Source: an uncultured archaeon (GTDB taxonomy: Archaea > Thermoproteota > Nitrososphaeria > Nitrososphaerales > Gagatemarchaeaceae). From it: a stretch of 64,000 bases of DNA. A program made the translations under genes and the position numbers. The notes beneath the pieces are model-generated. The model did not search any database. It was not told where the DNA came from and was given only the letters and a program-made list of their open reading frames with translations. Where the stretch lies: assembly GCA_963817525.1 (NCBI GenBank), contig CAWFOU010000001.1, positions 800,001-864,000 on the forward strand, written 5' to 3'. This document shows positions 46,539 to 55,535 of the stretch, piece by piece. Numbering within the stretch: the stretch's first letter is position 1; every line of letters begins with the position of its first letter.

Positions 46539-47161
46539 GCCTGTAGCTTAATCCTGCCTTGCGAGAGTCTCCACTTCTCGCGTCTTCTCTGCTCGTCCTA
46601 CGGCCTGATGGAGAGGAACCTGTTGTACAACATGACCTTGAGAGACGCCTCCGCCTTCTGGCTGACGAACCTCCTCGCCCTCAACGTCTCGCCCAGCACG
46701 CGCTTGAACGCGGAGAACGCTATCGTCCCCATCCGCGTCCTTCCCTATGATCTCGGAGGGCTTCTTCCCCTTCATGGATGCCAGGATCCTCCTGCGCATG
46801 TGGGTGTAGTGCATCTCCTCGACGAACCTGACCCACTCCTCGAGCTCCCTCGTGATCCCCTCGAGCGTCCTGTAAGGTACGTCAAACCCGACCTTGACGA
46901 ACGCCAGGAAGGAGATATACGAGTTTGGGAACTCGAACGGCCTGCCCAGCTTGCTCTGGTTCATCGCTTCGAGCTCCTCCCTCCATGAGACCAGAGAGCC
47001 CAGGTCGAGTATCGCGCATCCCCTCTCAATGAGCGCCTCGTCGTAGTCGTGCCATGATCGCATACCCAGTGGCGGCATGACCACGTGGGCGAGAAGATTC
47101 CTTAGACGAGACCCAAGCAAAGAGCCTTGACAAACGTGTGATATTGGATTAAGCTACAACC
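46539..47161 (-). mobile_element. Internally deleted IS5-family element (623 bp)
   Basis: TIRs GCCTGTAGCTTAATCC / GGATTAAGCTACAACC (14/16), flanked by TA on both sides; transposase N- and C-terminal pieces in different frames. Confidence 0.88.
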
Positions 47162-47210
47162 TACCGTTGCGATGAACTCTTAAAAGATAGGGACGGCATG
47201 TTGGGCAGAG

Positions 47211-48263
47211 ATGGGCTACGCCCGTTTCATAGTCGGCAAGTCGATTTCCTACGCGCTTGCCCTGTTCGCGGCTGTGTCGCTCCTTTATGTCGGCATCTAC
47301 CCTAACCTCCAGAAGGTCATAGAGGCCTCGGCGAACGAGGCTGCGAGCAACTTCCAGAGGACGCTGCTCAAGAGCCACTCGGGGATCACCCTTGCCCAGG
47401 TCACCGCGGCGGTCGCCACCTACAAGGCCTCCTACCTGAACGCCTTCGGGTTCAGCCAGCCGTTCCCGGTGAAGTTCGCGCTTCAGATGACCAACCTCTT
47501 TGAGTTCCACCTCGGCTCGTCGTTCTTCCTGCAGGCGCCCAACGGCTCGAAGCTGGTGGTCGACATCATCTTGGCCTACCTCCCGAACACCATATTGCTC
47601 TTCACAACGGGGACCCTCCTGGTGGTCGCGGTCGGGGCCGTCCTCGGACTCCTCGGCGCCAAGTCGGCGGGCGGGAAGCTTGACAGGTCCATCCCCATTG
47701 TCGCGGTGATTCACTCGAGCCTCCCTTCCTGGTGGGTCGGATTCCTCTTCATCGCCTACTTCGCCTATTCGCTCAACGTCCTGCCGTCTGGCGGGATCTC
47801 CTCGGTCCCGCCCCCCGCGGGCGTTCTGTCCGGGTTCGCAGACTTCCTCTCCCACCTCACGCTGCCGCTCCTCTCTTTCTTCATAGTTAACGTGGGCGGG
47901 TTCGCCTACGTGATCAGGAGCCTGGTCATCTCGACCATGGGCGAGGACTTTGTGACGACCGCGCGGGCGAGGGGGATGACAGAGAGGAGGGTCATCTTCA
48001 AGCACGTCCTGAGGACGGCCTCGCCCAGCATCGCCACCCAGTCGATACTCGCGGTGGCAGGCTCGTTCGGAGGGGCGATCGTCACCGAGGTCGTCTTCAG
48101 GTGGCCCGGCCTCGGGTACCTCACCTACAACGCAATCGAACAGAACGACCTCCCCGTGATCATCGGCTCGACGTTCGTCCTCACGATAATCCTCTTCCTT
48201 GGCCTCTACATCGGCGAGATCACGTACGGATTCCTCGACCCAAGGATAAAGACGGGGGAATAG
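47211..48263 (+). CDS. oppB: Oligopeptide ABC permease
   Basis: LPNTILL, HLTLP, EDFVTTARARG, EVVFRWPGLG, DPRI. Confidence 0.92.
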   Translation: MGYARFIVGKSISYALALFAAVSLLYVGIYPNLQKVIEASANEAASNFQRTLLKSHSGITLAQVTAAVATYKASYLNAFGFSQPFPVKFALQMTNLFEFHLGSSFFLQAPNGSKLVVDIILAYLPNTILLFTTGTLLVVAVGAVLGLLGAKSAGGKLDRSIPIVAVIHSSLPSWWVGFLFIAYFAYSLNVLPSGGISSVPPPAGVLSGFADFLSHLTLPLLSFFIVNVGGFAYVIRSLVISTMGEDFVTTARARGMTERRVIFKHVLRTASPSIATQSILAVAGSFGGAIVTEVVFRWPGLGYLTYNAIEQNDLPVIIGSTFVLTIILFLGLYIGEITYGFLDPRIKTGE

Positions 48264-48266
48264 GCC

Positions 48267-49634
48267 ATGGGCGCCGGAGACTCGGACAGGAGTTACCTCC
48301 GCGAGTTCCTCAAATCGCGCTCGGGGGTGTTCGGGCTCGTCATGCTGGTTCTTCTGTTGGCGACCTCGGTCTACGTGGTAGTGTCCATCCCACAGTCGGA
48401 GGTCTACAAGTGGGACAACCCCGCGGCCTGGCAGGGGAACCCGGCGGCAGCCCCGCCCGTCTGGGTCAACTACTTCGGGGTCGACGCGCCGCAGACGGTG
48501 GGCCTCAGCCTGGGCTCGTGGTCGAGCTCGACGTCGGGAGGCACCTCAGCTTACAGCGCCTCGGGATCGGTAAAGTGGGACCACGGCGTCCCGCCGAGCG
48601 ACGTCGCCGTCATCCCGAGCTTCAGCGGCACGGCCTACGAGGTGGTGGTTGTCTGGACCAAGCCGGACGGGAACAGCCTCCAAGTGACGGTCTCCGGGCC
48701 CGTCTCGGGCACGAGCTACGACCTGACCTCGACCTACTTCCAGGAGGGGGTGATCCAGTACATCCAGACCCAGACCCACGGCTACCTTGGGTCGGTGACT
48801 CCCACGCAGGAGACCGCGGCGCTCTTCGACGACGACGGGCCGAGCCTGCTCAACAACACGGTGCAGCAGGGGACATACGGCGTGACCGTGCAGGTCCTCG
48901 GGAGCCAGTCGCTCTCGCCGCAGACCTCCAGCGTGTCGGTGATAGGCGACTCGTACGGGACGATGGGCACGGATAGCGCGGGAAGACCGATAGACCTCGG
49001 GGTCCTCGCGGGGCTCCCTTGGGCCTTGGAGATAGGGGCGCTGAGCTCCGTGGTCGCGGTGGTGGGGGGCATCCTGTGGGGAGGGCTCGCGGGGTTCTTG
49101 GGCGGATGGAGGGACAAGGTGATGTCCTGGGGCACGCTGGTCGTCCTGGCGATCCCCGCGCTGGCGTTCGTCGTCGCCCTCTCGTACACGGTCACGCTCA
49201 CCCTCCTCTCCGAGGCGATGATAATCGCGGCGCTCTCTTGGCCGTTCTTCGCGATCATCTCGAGGACTGTCACGCTCTCGGTGAGGTCTCAGACGTACGT
49301 CGAGGCCGACAAGGCGATGGGAGTATCGTCGGCCAGGACTTTCGTCACGCACTTCCTCCCCAGGCTGACCCCCGTGACCATCGCGTTTACCGCCCTCAGC
49401 GTCTCTGGGTTCATCATCTTCGGCGAGACCCTGGCATTCCTCGGGATCGAGCCGCAGAACGTGATAACGTGGGGCGGGATCCTGAACAACGCGATAACCT
49501 ACGACGCGTCGGTTCACGGCTGGTGGTGGTGGACCCTGTTCCCCGGCATCATGATATTCGTTGCTTCGCTGCCGTTCGTCTTGGTGGGCTTCGCGCTGGA
49601 CAGGGTGGTCGCCCCCAGGGTAAGCGCAAAATGA
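48267..49634 (+). CDS. oppC: Oligopeptide ABC permease with extracellular insert
   Basis: MGTDSAGR, YVEA...MG, TWGGIL, WWWTLFPG. Confidence 0.9.
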   Translation: MGAGDSDRSYLREFLKSRSGVFGLVMLVLLLATSVYVVVSIPQSEVYKWDNPAAWQGNPAAAPPVWVNYFGVDAPQTVGLSLGSWSSSTSGGTSAYSASGSVKWDHGVPPSDVAVIPSFSGTAYEVVVVWTKPDGNSLQVTVSGPVSGTSYDLTSTYFQEGVIQYIQTQTHGYLGSVTPTQETAALFDDDGPSLLNNTVQQGTYGVTVQVLGSQSLSPQTSSVSVIGDSYGTMGTDSAGRPIDLGVLAGLPWALEIGALSSVVAVVGGILWGGLAGFLGGWRDKVMSWGTLVVLAIPALAFVVALSYTVTLTLLSEAMIIAALSWPFFAIISRTVTLSVRSQTYVEADKAMGVSSARTFVTHFLPRLTPVTIAFTALSVSGFIIFGETLAFLGIEPQNVITWGGILNNAITYDASVHGWWWWTLFPGIMIFVASLPFVLVGFALDRVVAPRVSAK

Positions 49635-50569
49635 CGGCCGTCCTCGGGGCGAAGGGGCTCAAGGTCTACTTCTCCTCTCCCCGGGGCGAGGTGAAGGCCG
49701 TGGAGGATGTCGACCTTGAGATCGGCCAGGGCGAGGTCGTGGGCCTGGCCGGCGAGAGCGGCTCGGGCAAGACCACGCTCGCCCTCGGGCTGATGAGGCT
49801 CATCACCCGGCCGGGGCGCATCGCCGGGGGCGAGATAGACTTCGAGGGCGAGGACATCCTCGCCCTCCCTGAGGAGGAGTTCAGGAGGGACTACCGTTGG
49901 AGCAAGATGTCGATGGTCTTCCAGGGCTCGATGAACGGCTTCACCCCAGTCTTCTCGGTGGGGGCGCAGATAGACGAGGTGCTGAAGATACACGGCAGGG
50001 AGGGCGGCCAGCCCGCCGTGCAGAAGCTCCTCCAGATGGTCGACCTCGACGAGACCATCGCGAGGCGCTACCCTCACGAGCTCTCTGGAGGGCAGAAGCA
50101 GAGGGCGTTCATCGCGATGGCGCTGGCGCTCGAGCCCAAGCTCCTCATCGCGGACGAGCCGACCACCGCGCTCGACGTCATAACGCAGGTGAACATTGTC
50201 AACCTCCTGAAGCGACTGAGGAAGGAGTTGGGCATCTCCATCCTGCTGATCACGCACGACCTTGCTCTCCTTTCGGAGGCGGCCGAGAGGCTCTACATCA
50301 TGTACGCCGGGAGGGTCGTCGAGGTCGGCCCGGCCGAGACGGTCCTGAGCAAGCCGGGCCACCCATACACCCAGGGTCTCCTCGCCGCGACGCCGACGCT
50401 CCGAAGCAAGGACATCACGGGGATACCGGGGTTCATGCCCGACCTAGCGCACCTGGCGGAGATGTGCAGCTTCAGCCCGAGGTGCCCCTTCGTGATGGAG
50501 AGGTGCAAGACCGAGAGGCCGGAGATGAGGGGCGTGAAGGGGGAGCAAGTTGCCTGCTGGCTATACTAG
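49631..50569 (+). CDS. oppD: Oligopeptide ABC ATPase
   Basis: GESGSGKT, YPHELSGGQKQR, ADEPTTALD, HPYT, C.F.PRC. Confidence 0.93.
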   Translation: MTAVLGAKGLKVYFSSPRGEVKAVEDVDLEIGQGEVVGLAGESGSGKTTLALGLMRLITRPGRIAGGEIDFEGEDILALPEEEFRRDYRWSKMSMVFQGSMNGFTPVFSVGAQIDEVLKIHGREGGQPAVQKLLQMVDLDETIARRYPHELSGGQKQRAFIAMALALEPKLLIADEPTTALDVITQVNIVNLLKRLRKELGISILLITHDLALLSEAAERLYIMYAGRVVEVGPAETVLSKPGHPYTQGLLAATPTLRSKDITGIPGFMPDLAHLAEMCSFSPRCPFVMERCKTERPEMRGVKGEQVACWLY

Positions 50570-51548
50570 CGGACGGGAGACGGTCCTCCGGATAGACCAT
50601 CTCGCCGTCTTCTTCATCAAGAAGAGGCTGCTCGAGCGGGGCACCATCGTGAAGGCAGTGGACGGCGTCTCCCTGGACGTGGGACGTGGGGAGATCCTCG
50701 CCCTCGTCGGGGAGAGCGGGTCGGGAAAGACCACTCTGGGGAGGGCGGTCATCGGGCTCGTGAGGCCGACGGGCGGGACGATCACCCTGACGGACGGCGG
50801 GGAGCCCGAGGACGTCGGGAACGCGAAGGGCGCCCGCTGGAAGAAGCTCAGGAGGAAGCTCCAGATGATATTCCAGGACCCCTTCGCCTCGATTGACCCC
50901 AACATGCGAGTGTACGACGCGCTGAGGACCCCGCTCCGGGCCCAGGGCGTCCGGAAGAAGGAGGAGGTGGCCTCTAGGATAGCCGACGTGGTCAAGAGGG
51001 TCGGGCTCCCCGACCACGTGGTCAACAGCTACGTCTTCCAGCTCTCGGGAGGGCAGAGACAGAGGATCGGGATCGCCCGCGTCCTGCTCTTCGACCCCAG
51101 GCTCGTGGTCGCGGACGAGCCAGTCTCGATGCTCGACGCGTCCCTCAAGGGGGACATCCTCCACATCATCGAGAACGAGTCCAAGAGGAACGAGGTCGCC
51201 TTCCTCTTCATCACCCACGACATGGCTGTGGCGAAGGTGGTCGCCGACAGGATAGCCGTGATGTACCTTGGGAAGCTAGTCGAGATAGGGCCCGCGGGGG
51301 ACGTCGTCGACGACCCGCTCCACCCCTACACCAAAGCGATGATCCAGGCGGCGCCCACGATCGACCCGGCGATGAGGGACGAGGTCAAGAAGGTGAACAT
51401 CATCGGCGAGCTTGCGCTCTCCACATCACACCCAACGGGCTGCAAGTTCCACCCGCGCTGCCCCTACGCCATGGATGTCTGCAAGCAGAAGGAGCCGGAG
51501 CTGAAGGAGGTCAAGCCCGGACATTACGTGGCGTGCTGGCTGTTCTGA
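50550..51548 (+). CDS. oppF: Oligopeptide ABC ATPase
   Basis: KAVDGVS, GESGSGKT, LSGGQRQR, ADEPVSMLD, GCKFHPRCP. Confidence 0.93.
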   Translation: MPAGYTSGRETVLRIDHLAVFFIKKRLLERGTIVKAVDGVSLDVGRGEILALVGESGSGKTTLGRAVIGLVRPTGGTITLTDGGEPEDVGNAKGARWKKLRRKLQMIFQDPFASIDPNMRVYDALRTPLRAQGVRKKEEVASRIADVVKRVGLPDHVVNSYVFQLSGGQRQRIGIARVLLFDPRLVVADEPVSMLDASLKGDILHIIENESKRNEVAFLFITHDMAVAKVVADRIAVMYLGKLVEIGPAGDVVDDPLHPYTKAMIQAAPTIDPAMRDEVKKVNIIGELALSTSHPTGCKFHPRCPYAMDVCKQKEPELKEVKPGHYVACWLF

Positions 51549-51731
51549 TCAGGCCCTCTCTGAGACGAACTCGACTATCCCGCTGATGGCGACCACCGCG
51601 CCCGCCACAGCGGAGGCGAACGACAGGATGAGAAGGGGGAGCGACTGGAAGAACGTCCCCGCATAGTCGATGGCTATAGCCCCCAGGAGCAGCCCGACGC
51701 CGACAAGGATCGGCCTGTACGCGCGCCTCAT
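51549..51731 (-). CDS. Small two-TM hypothetical protein
   Basis: 60 aa, two hydrophobic helices, GGAGG-type RBS. Confidence 0.6.
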   Translation of the reverse strand: MRRAYRPILVGVGLLLGAIAIDYAGTFFQSLPLLILSFASAVAGAVVAISGIVEFVSERA

Positions 51732-51752
51732 CCCCCTCTCCTCCTCCGGAGG

Positions 51753-52064
51753 TCAGGGCACCTGGGGCGCGGAGCCAGGGTCCCGCCTCCTCTGCTTGAG
51801 AGCAGACCAGACGAACCAGCCGTCCATCAGGACGAGGACTACGATCACGACCTGCTGCCAGTCGACGCTCAGTATGCCTGGGATCTGGGTGGAGCCGCTG
51901 GTCGCGGATGTGATGAAGAACAAAGGGTAGCGGACCATCGTGGAGGTGAAGTGCTCGGAGCGCCAGTACGCGGCGCGCCGGCCGTAGTTCTCGGTGATCA
52001 GCGCGAGAAGGGGGATGAGGACCGCGTTGACGACGAGGACCTGGACGAGCTCCGCCAGCTTCAT
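51753..52064 (-). CDS. Two-TM hypothetical membrane protein
   Basis: Two TM helices, LSVDWQQV motif. Confidence 0.65.
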   Translation of the reverse strand: MKLAELVQVLVVNAVLIPLLALITENYGRRAAYWRSEHFTSTMVRYPLFFITSATSGSTQIPGILSVDWQQVVIVVLVLMDGWFVWSALKQRRRDPGSAPQVP

Positions 52065-52154
52065 GGTGCGCCGAGCGCGCCCCACCCTTCAAAAGACTTG
52101 CGGGCGGGCGCCGAGAATCCTTAAACAATCTCGAGGAGACGGCCAAGAAATACC

Positions 52155-52710
52155 GTGGCCACCGCTAAGAACGTGAGCAGGGCGATAACCTACGTCCTCA
52201 TCGTCGTCGCCATCGTTGGGGGCGCCCAGCTCATAGTGGGCACCGCGCTGGGGTCCTCGCCCGTCTATGTAGTGGTGAGCAAGAGCATGGTCCCCACGCT
52301 CCAGATAGGCGACCTGGTGATCGCGGAGAAGGTGCCTTTCAGCAGCATCCACGTCGGGCAGGTGATAATCTACCAGAGGCCCACGGCAGCCGGGACTTGC
52401 CCCAACCCCGGGGGCATCATCATCGTGCACCGGGTCGTCAACATCACCAGCGCGGGGAAGCTTATCACGCAGGGAGACGACCGGAAGACCAATCCCCTCC
52501 CCGACGAGCCGTACGAGTGGCCGCCGCTCCCCTCGACCTGCGTCAAGGGGGTGGTCGTCCTCGCGGTGCCCTACCTCGGGCTCGTATCCATGCTGGTCCC
52601 GTACCCCTGGAACTACGCCCTCGTGGCCCTGATCCTGATATTCGTGTTCATCACCGAGGTCCGTCCCTCGGACGAGCAGCAGCGCGGAAGAAGGAGAAAC
52701 TACGCCCTAG
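52155..52710 (+). CDS. Signal peptidase I (Sec11-type); apparent frameshift near the 3' end
   Basis: VVSKSMVPTLQIGDL, IVHRV, ITQGDD, VPYLG; probable true stop 52708-52710 (track ORF runs on to 53027). Confidence 0.88.
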
Positions 52711-53030
52711 TGGGTGGCGACCGGCTCCGCAGGGCGCGGGGTCTCTCCGTCCCTGGCCCTTTCCTTGGTGACGAGGTCCCTGAAGAAGTAGAACGCGATT
52801 ATCACCACGCCAACCGTCAGCGTGAGCCAGACGGGGATGAAGAGCGGCGTGGAGTCTGTCGCGGTGCTCGTGGCCCCCGTGGAACCCCTGTACAGGGAGG
52901 GCACGAAGGCGAGAACTGCTACGCTGATCATGATGAGAGCCACGATGAGCACGCGGCGATGCGACCCCCTCGAGCCGCCCTCAGACGAGCCTTGGCTATG
53001 CGTCCCGCTTCCGCCGTGAGATTCTGACAA
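52707..53030 (-). CDS. Two-TM hypothetical membrane protein
   Basis: Two TM helices with a Thr linker. Confidence 0.6.
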   Translation of the reverse strand: MSESHGGSGTHSQGSSEGGSRGSHRRVLIVALIMISVAVLAFVPSLYRGSTGATSTATDSTPLFIPVWLTLTVGVVIIAFYFFRDLVTKERARDGETPRPAEPVATH

Positions 53031-53144
53031 AGCTGCGAGTTCCCCGCTTTCAACCCTTCGTCGGCTGCGGATATAACCTCCACGCTGAAAAAACGGCCCT
53101 GCCTATTTATACTCCTTATATACGCGACCGGAACGCCACGGGCG

Positions 53145-53700
53145 ATGCCTCAGACCAAGGCCATCGTGAGCATCGAGAACGTGGTCGCATCGGCATCGAT
53201 CAACCAGACCGTTGACCTGAACCAGATCACCAAGAACTTCGTCGACGTGGAGTACCACCCTGACCAGTTCCCTGGCCTCGTCTTTAGGCTCAAGACACCG
53301 AAGACGGCCACCCTGATATTCAGCTCGGGCAAGATGGTCTGCACGGGCGAAGTCCGAGGACATGGCGCGCAAGGCGGTGCAGGAGGTCGTCAGGCGACTC
53401 AAGAAGGGAGGCATCCCGATAAAGAACGATGCCGAGATCCAGATCCAGAACATCGTGGCCTCGGCGAACCTTGGGGGGAAGGTCCACCTCGAGGAGGCGG
53501 CGAGGCAGCTCCCAAAGTCGATGTACGAGCCGGAGCAGTTCCCCGGCCTCATCCACAGGATGGCGGACCCCAAGACGGTCATCCTGCTCTTCGCGTCGGG
53601 CAAGCTCGTCTGCACGGGAGCGAAGCGCGAGAGCGAGGTCTTCAGGGCCGTGAACAACCTGCACGTGCTCCTGGAAGAGAAGAACCTGATGGTCTACTAG
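53145..53700 (+). pseudogene. tbp: TATA-box-binding protein with a 2-nt frameshift (pseudogene or assembly error)
   Basis: Repeat 1 (IENVVAS...FPGLVFRL...FSSGKMVCTG) and repeat 2 (IQNIVAS...YEPEQFPGL...FASGKLVCTGAK) lie in different frames; break at about 53346. Confidence 0.9.
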
Positions 53701-53704
53701 ACTT

Positions 53705-54331
53705 TCAGCGCCTGCTGACCTGCGAGGAGACCGCGTTGGCCTCCTCGGCCGAGAGCAACGCCTTGGCGCGGAGGATCTTCACGAGCTCCAATATGTCGGT
53801 CATCGCGTGGAGCTTGACGTCGTGCTTCTTCATCGCCGCCGTGCCTCCCTCGAGCCTGTCTATCACGACCGAGGCCGCGTCCACGTCGCACCCCTCCGCC
53901 CTTATCGCCTCGACCGCCGAGAGGATGGACCCGCCCGTGGTTATCACGTCGTCGATCAAGAGGACCTTCCAGCCCGGCCTAGTCACGCCCTCCACCAGCT
54001 TGCCCCTCCCGTGGTCCTTCTCGTCCTTCCTGACGTAGATCATGGGCTTCTCCAGCATGAGCGCGATGGGCGACGAGAGGGTGAGGCCCGCGGAGGGTAT
54101 CCCCGCTATCGCGTCATTGCTCGAGTCCTTGAACTCGTGCTTCAGGAACTCCCCGTAGGCCTCGATGAGGGTCTTGTAGGCCCCCGGGTAGCTCGGTATC
54201 GTGCGCAGGTCGATGTAGTAGGAACTCATCTTGCCGCTGGCGAGGGTGAATGTCCCGAACTGGATGGCCTTGACCTTCACGAGCACCATGGCGAGCTCCT
54301 CGAGGAGCTCCTTCCTGCGCTTCCACGCCAT
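53705..54331 (-). CDS. pyrE: Orotate phosphoribosyltransferase
   Basis: FGTFTLASGKMSSYYIDLR, YVRK..KDHG, LIDDVITTGGS. Confidence 0.95.
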   Translation of the reverse strand: MAWKRRKELLEELAMVLVKVKAIQFGTFTLASGKMSSYYIDLRTIPSYPGAYKTLIEAYGEFLKHEFKDSSNDAIAGIPSAGLTLSSPIALMLEKPMIYVRKDEKDHGRGKLVEGVTRPGWKVLLIDDVITTGGSILSAVEAIRAEGCDVDAASVVIDRLEGGTAAMKKHDVKLHAMTDILELVKILRAKALLSAEEANAVSSQVSRR

Positions 54332-54434
54332 GCGGCAAGGTCTCCGGGGGAGATACAAAAACATGACAGGCGCCCGCAGGCGGGCCAAAGCTTGATAGAC
54401 GCGGCGCGTGTGGGTCGCGCCACAGAAGCGCCTC

Positions 54435-55535
54435 ATGGAAATCTGGGTCCCCTACGGCGACGTCGAGTCCCTGGTCACGCTGATGCAGGAGAACCTCGGG
54501 GAGACCATCGACCCCAAGCCGGAGTCGCACGTCGAGGAGATCCTCGTGCCGCTCGCCGAGAAGATGAAGGGGGCGCAGAGGCTGATCATCTGCGACCACA
54601 AGCCCGCGACGCTCAAGGTGGTGAAGGCCCTCCTTTCGAAGGTCCCCAAGGAGGGGCACACGTTCGTCTCGCCCAACCCCAGGAAGGTGGAGGCGGCGGT
54701 CCCAGAGCTCAAGGAGTCGGTCGAGAGGCTGCGCCCTCCAGGCGAAGCCGCAGGCGCCGAGGGGCAGGGAGGGAAGGTCTCCCAGGACGTCTCCGGGGCC
54801 GAGAGGAAGTTCGCGATCTCCACTGGAGAGCCTGACCCGCTCTTCGGGTTCATCGACGCCCCACTGGCACTCGCGCTGGGGTCGGTCTCCGGGGCGCGTA
54901 GGCTGGGGTACAGGAAGCGTGACGGCGACGAGGCGCGGCCGCTTCGCGAGGACTCGCCGAGCTACGCGGCGGTCAGGCAGGAGGTCGAGGCCGTCGCAGG
55001 GGTCGACTACGCGACGATAATCACGCGGGGCGGGGAGCCCTACTCTATAGTCGAGGGCGACTCTGTGAAGCAGGCGCGCGCCCACTACCTCGTGGCGGAG
55101 GCCCCGCAGGCCAAGGGGCTGGTGGTCGGGGTCGGGGGGAGGGGCTACGACGACACGCTCTCCCACGCCATCAGGCTCTCCCTCGGCGCCCTGAAGGGCG
55201 TGAGGAAGGGAGGCGAGGTGGTGCTGGTGGCCGAGTGTAGGGAGGGCGTCGGCTCGGAGGCCCTCCAGATGTACCTCACCGGGCGGATGACCGAGAGCTT
55301 CATGAGGAGGGGAGCCTACGTGGAGGGTCTCGAGGAGATTTCCTACGTCACGGAGCTCAACGACAAGTACGGAGTCATCCTGCTCTCGTCCCTCCCCGAG
55401 CTATACGCCGGGGGGAAGCTGAGGTTCAGGACGGCGCGGGGTTCGGGCGAGGCCCTTGGTAAGGTCTTCTCGTCCGTGGGCAGGGCCGCGAAGCTCAATG
55501 TAGTCACGCGCGCCTGCGAGACCGTCCTCCCCTAG
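54435..55535 (+). CDS. LarA (lactate racemase)/DUF2088-like protein, divergent
   Basis: MEIWVPYG, EPDPLFGF, GGRGYDDTL, GGEVVLVAECREGVG. Confidence 0.7.
   Translation: MEIWVPYGDVESLVTLMQENLGETIDPKPESHVEEILVPLAEKMKGAQRLIICDHKPATLKVVKALLSKVPKEGHTFVSPNPRKVEAAVPELKESVERLRPPGEAAGAEGQGGKVSQDVSGAERKFAISTGEPDPLFGFIDAPLALALGSVSGARRLGYRKRDGDEARPLREDSPSYAAVRQEVEAVAGVDYATIITRGGEPYSIVEGDSVKQARAHYLVAEAPQAKGLVVGVGGRGYDDTLSHAIRLSLGALKGVRKGGEVVLVAECREGVGSEALQMYLTGRMTESFMRRGAYVEGLEEISYVTELNDKYGVILLSSLPELYAGGKLRFRTARGSGEALGKVFSSVGRAAKLNVVTRACETVLP

Noticed and set aside
53350-54038. Long C-terminal extension of the first TBP ORF
   Set aside because: Product of the frameshift; runs antisense into pyrE.
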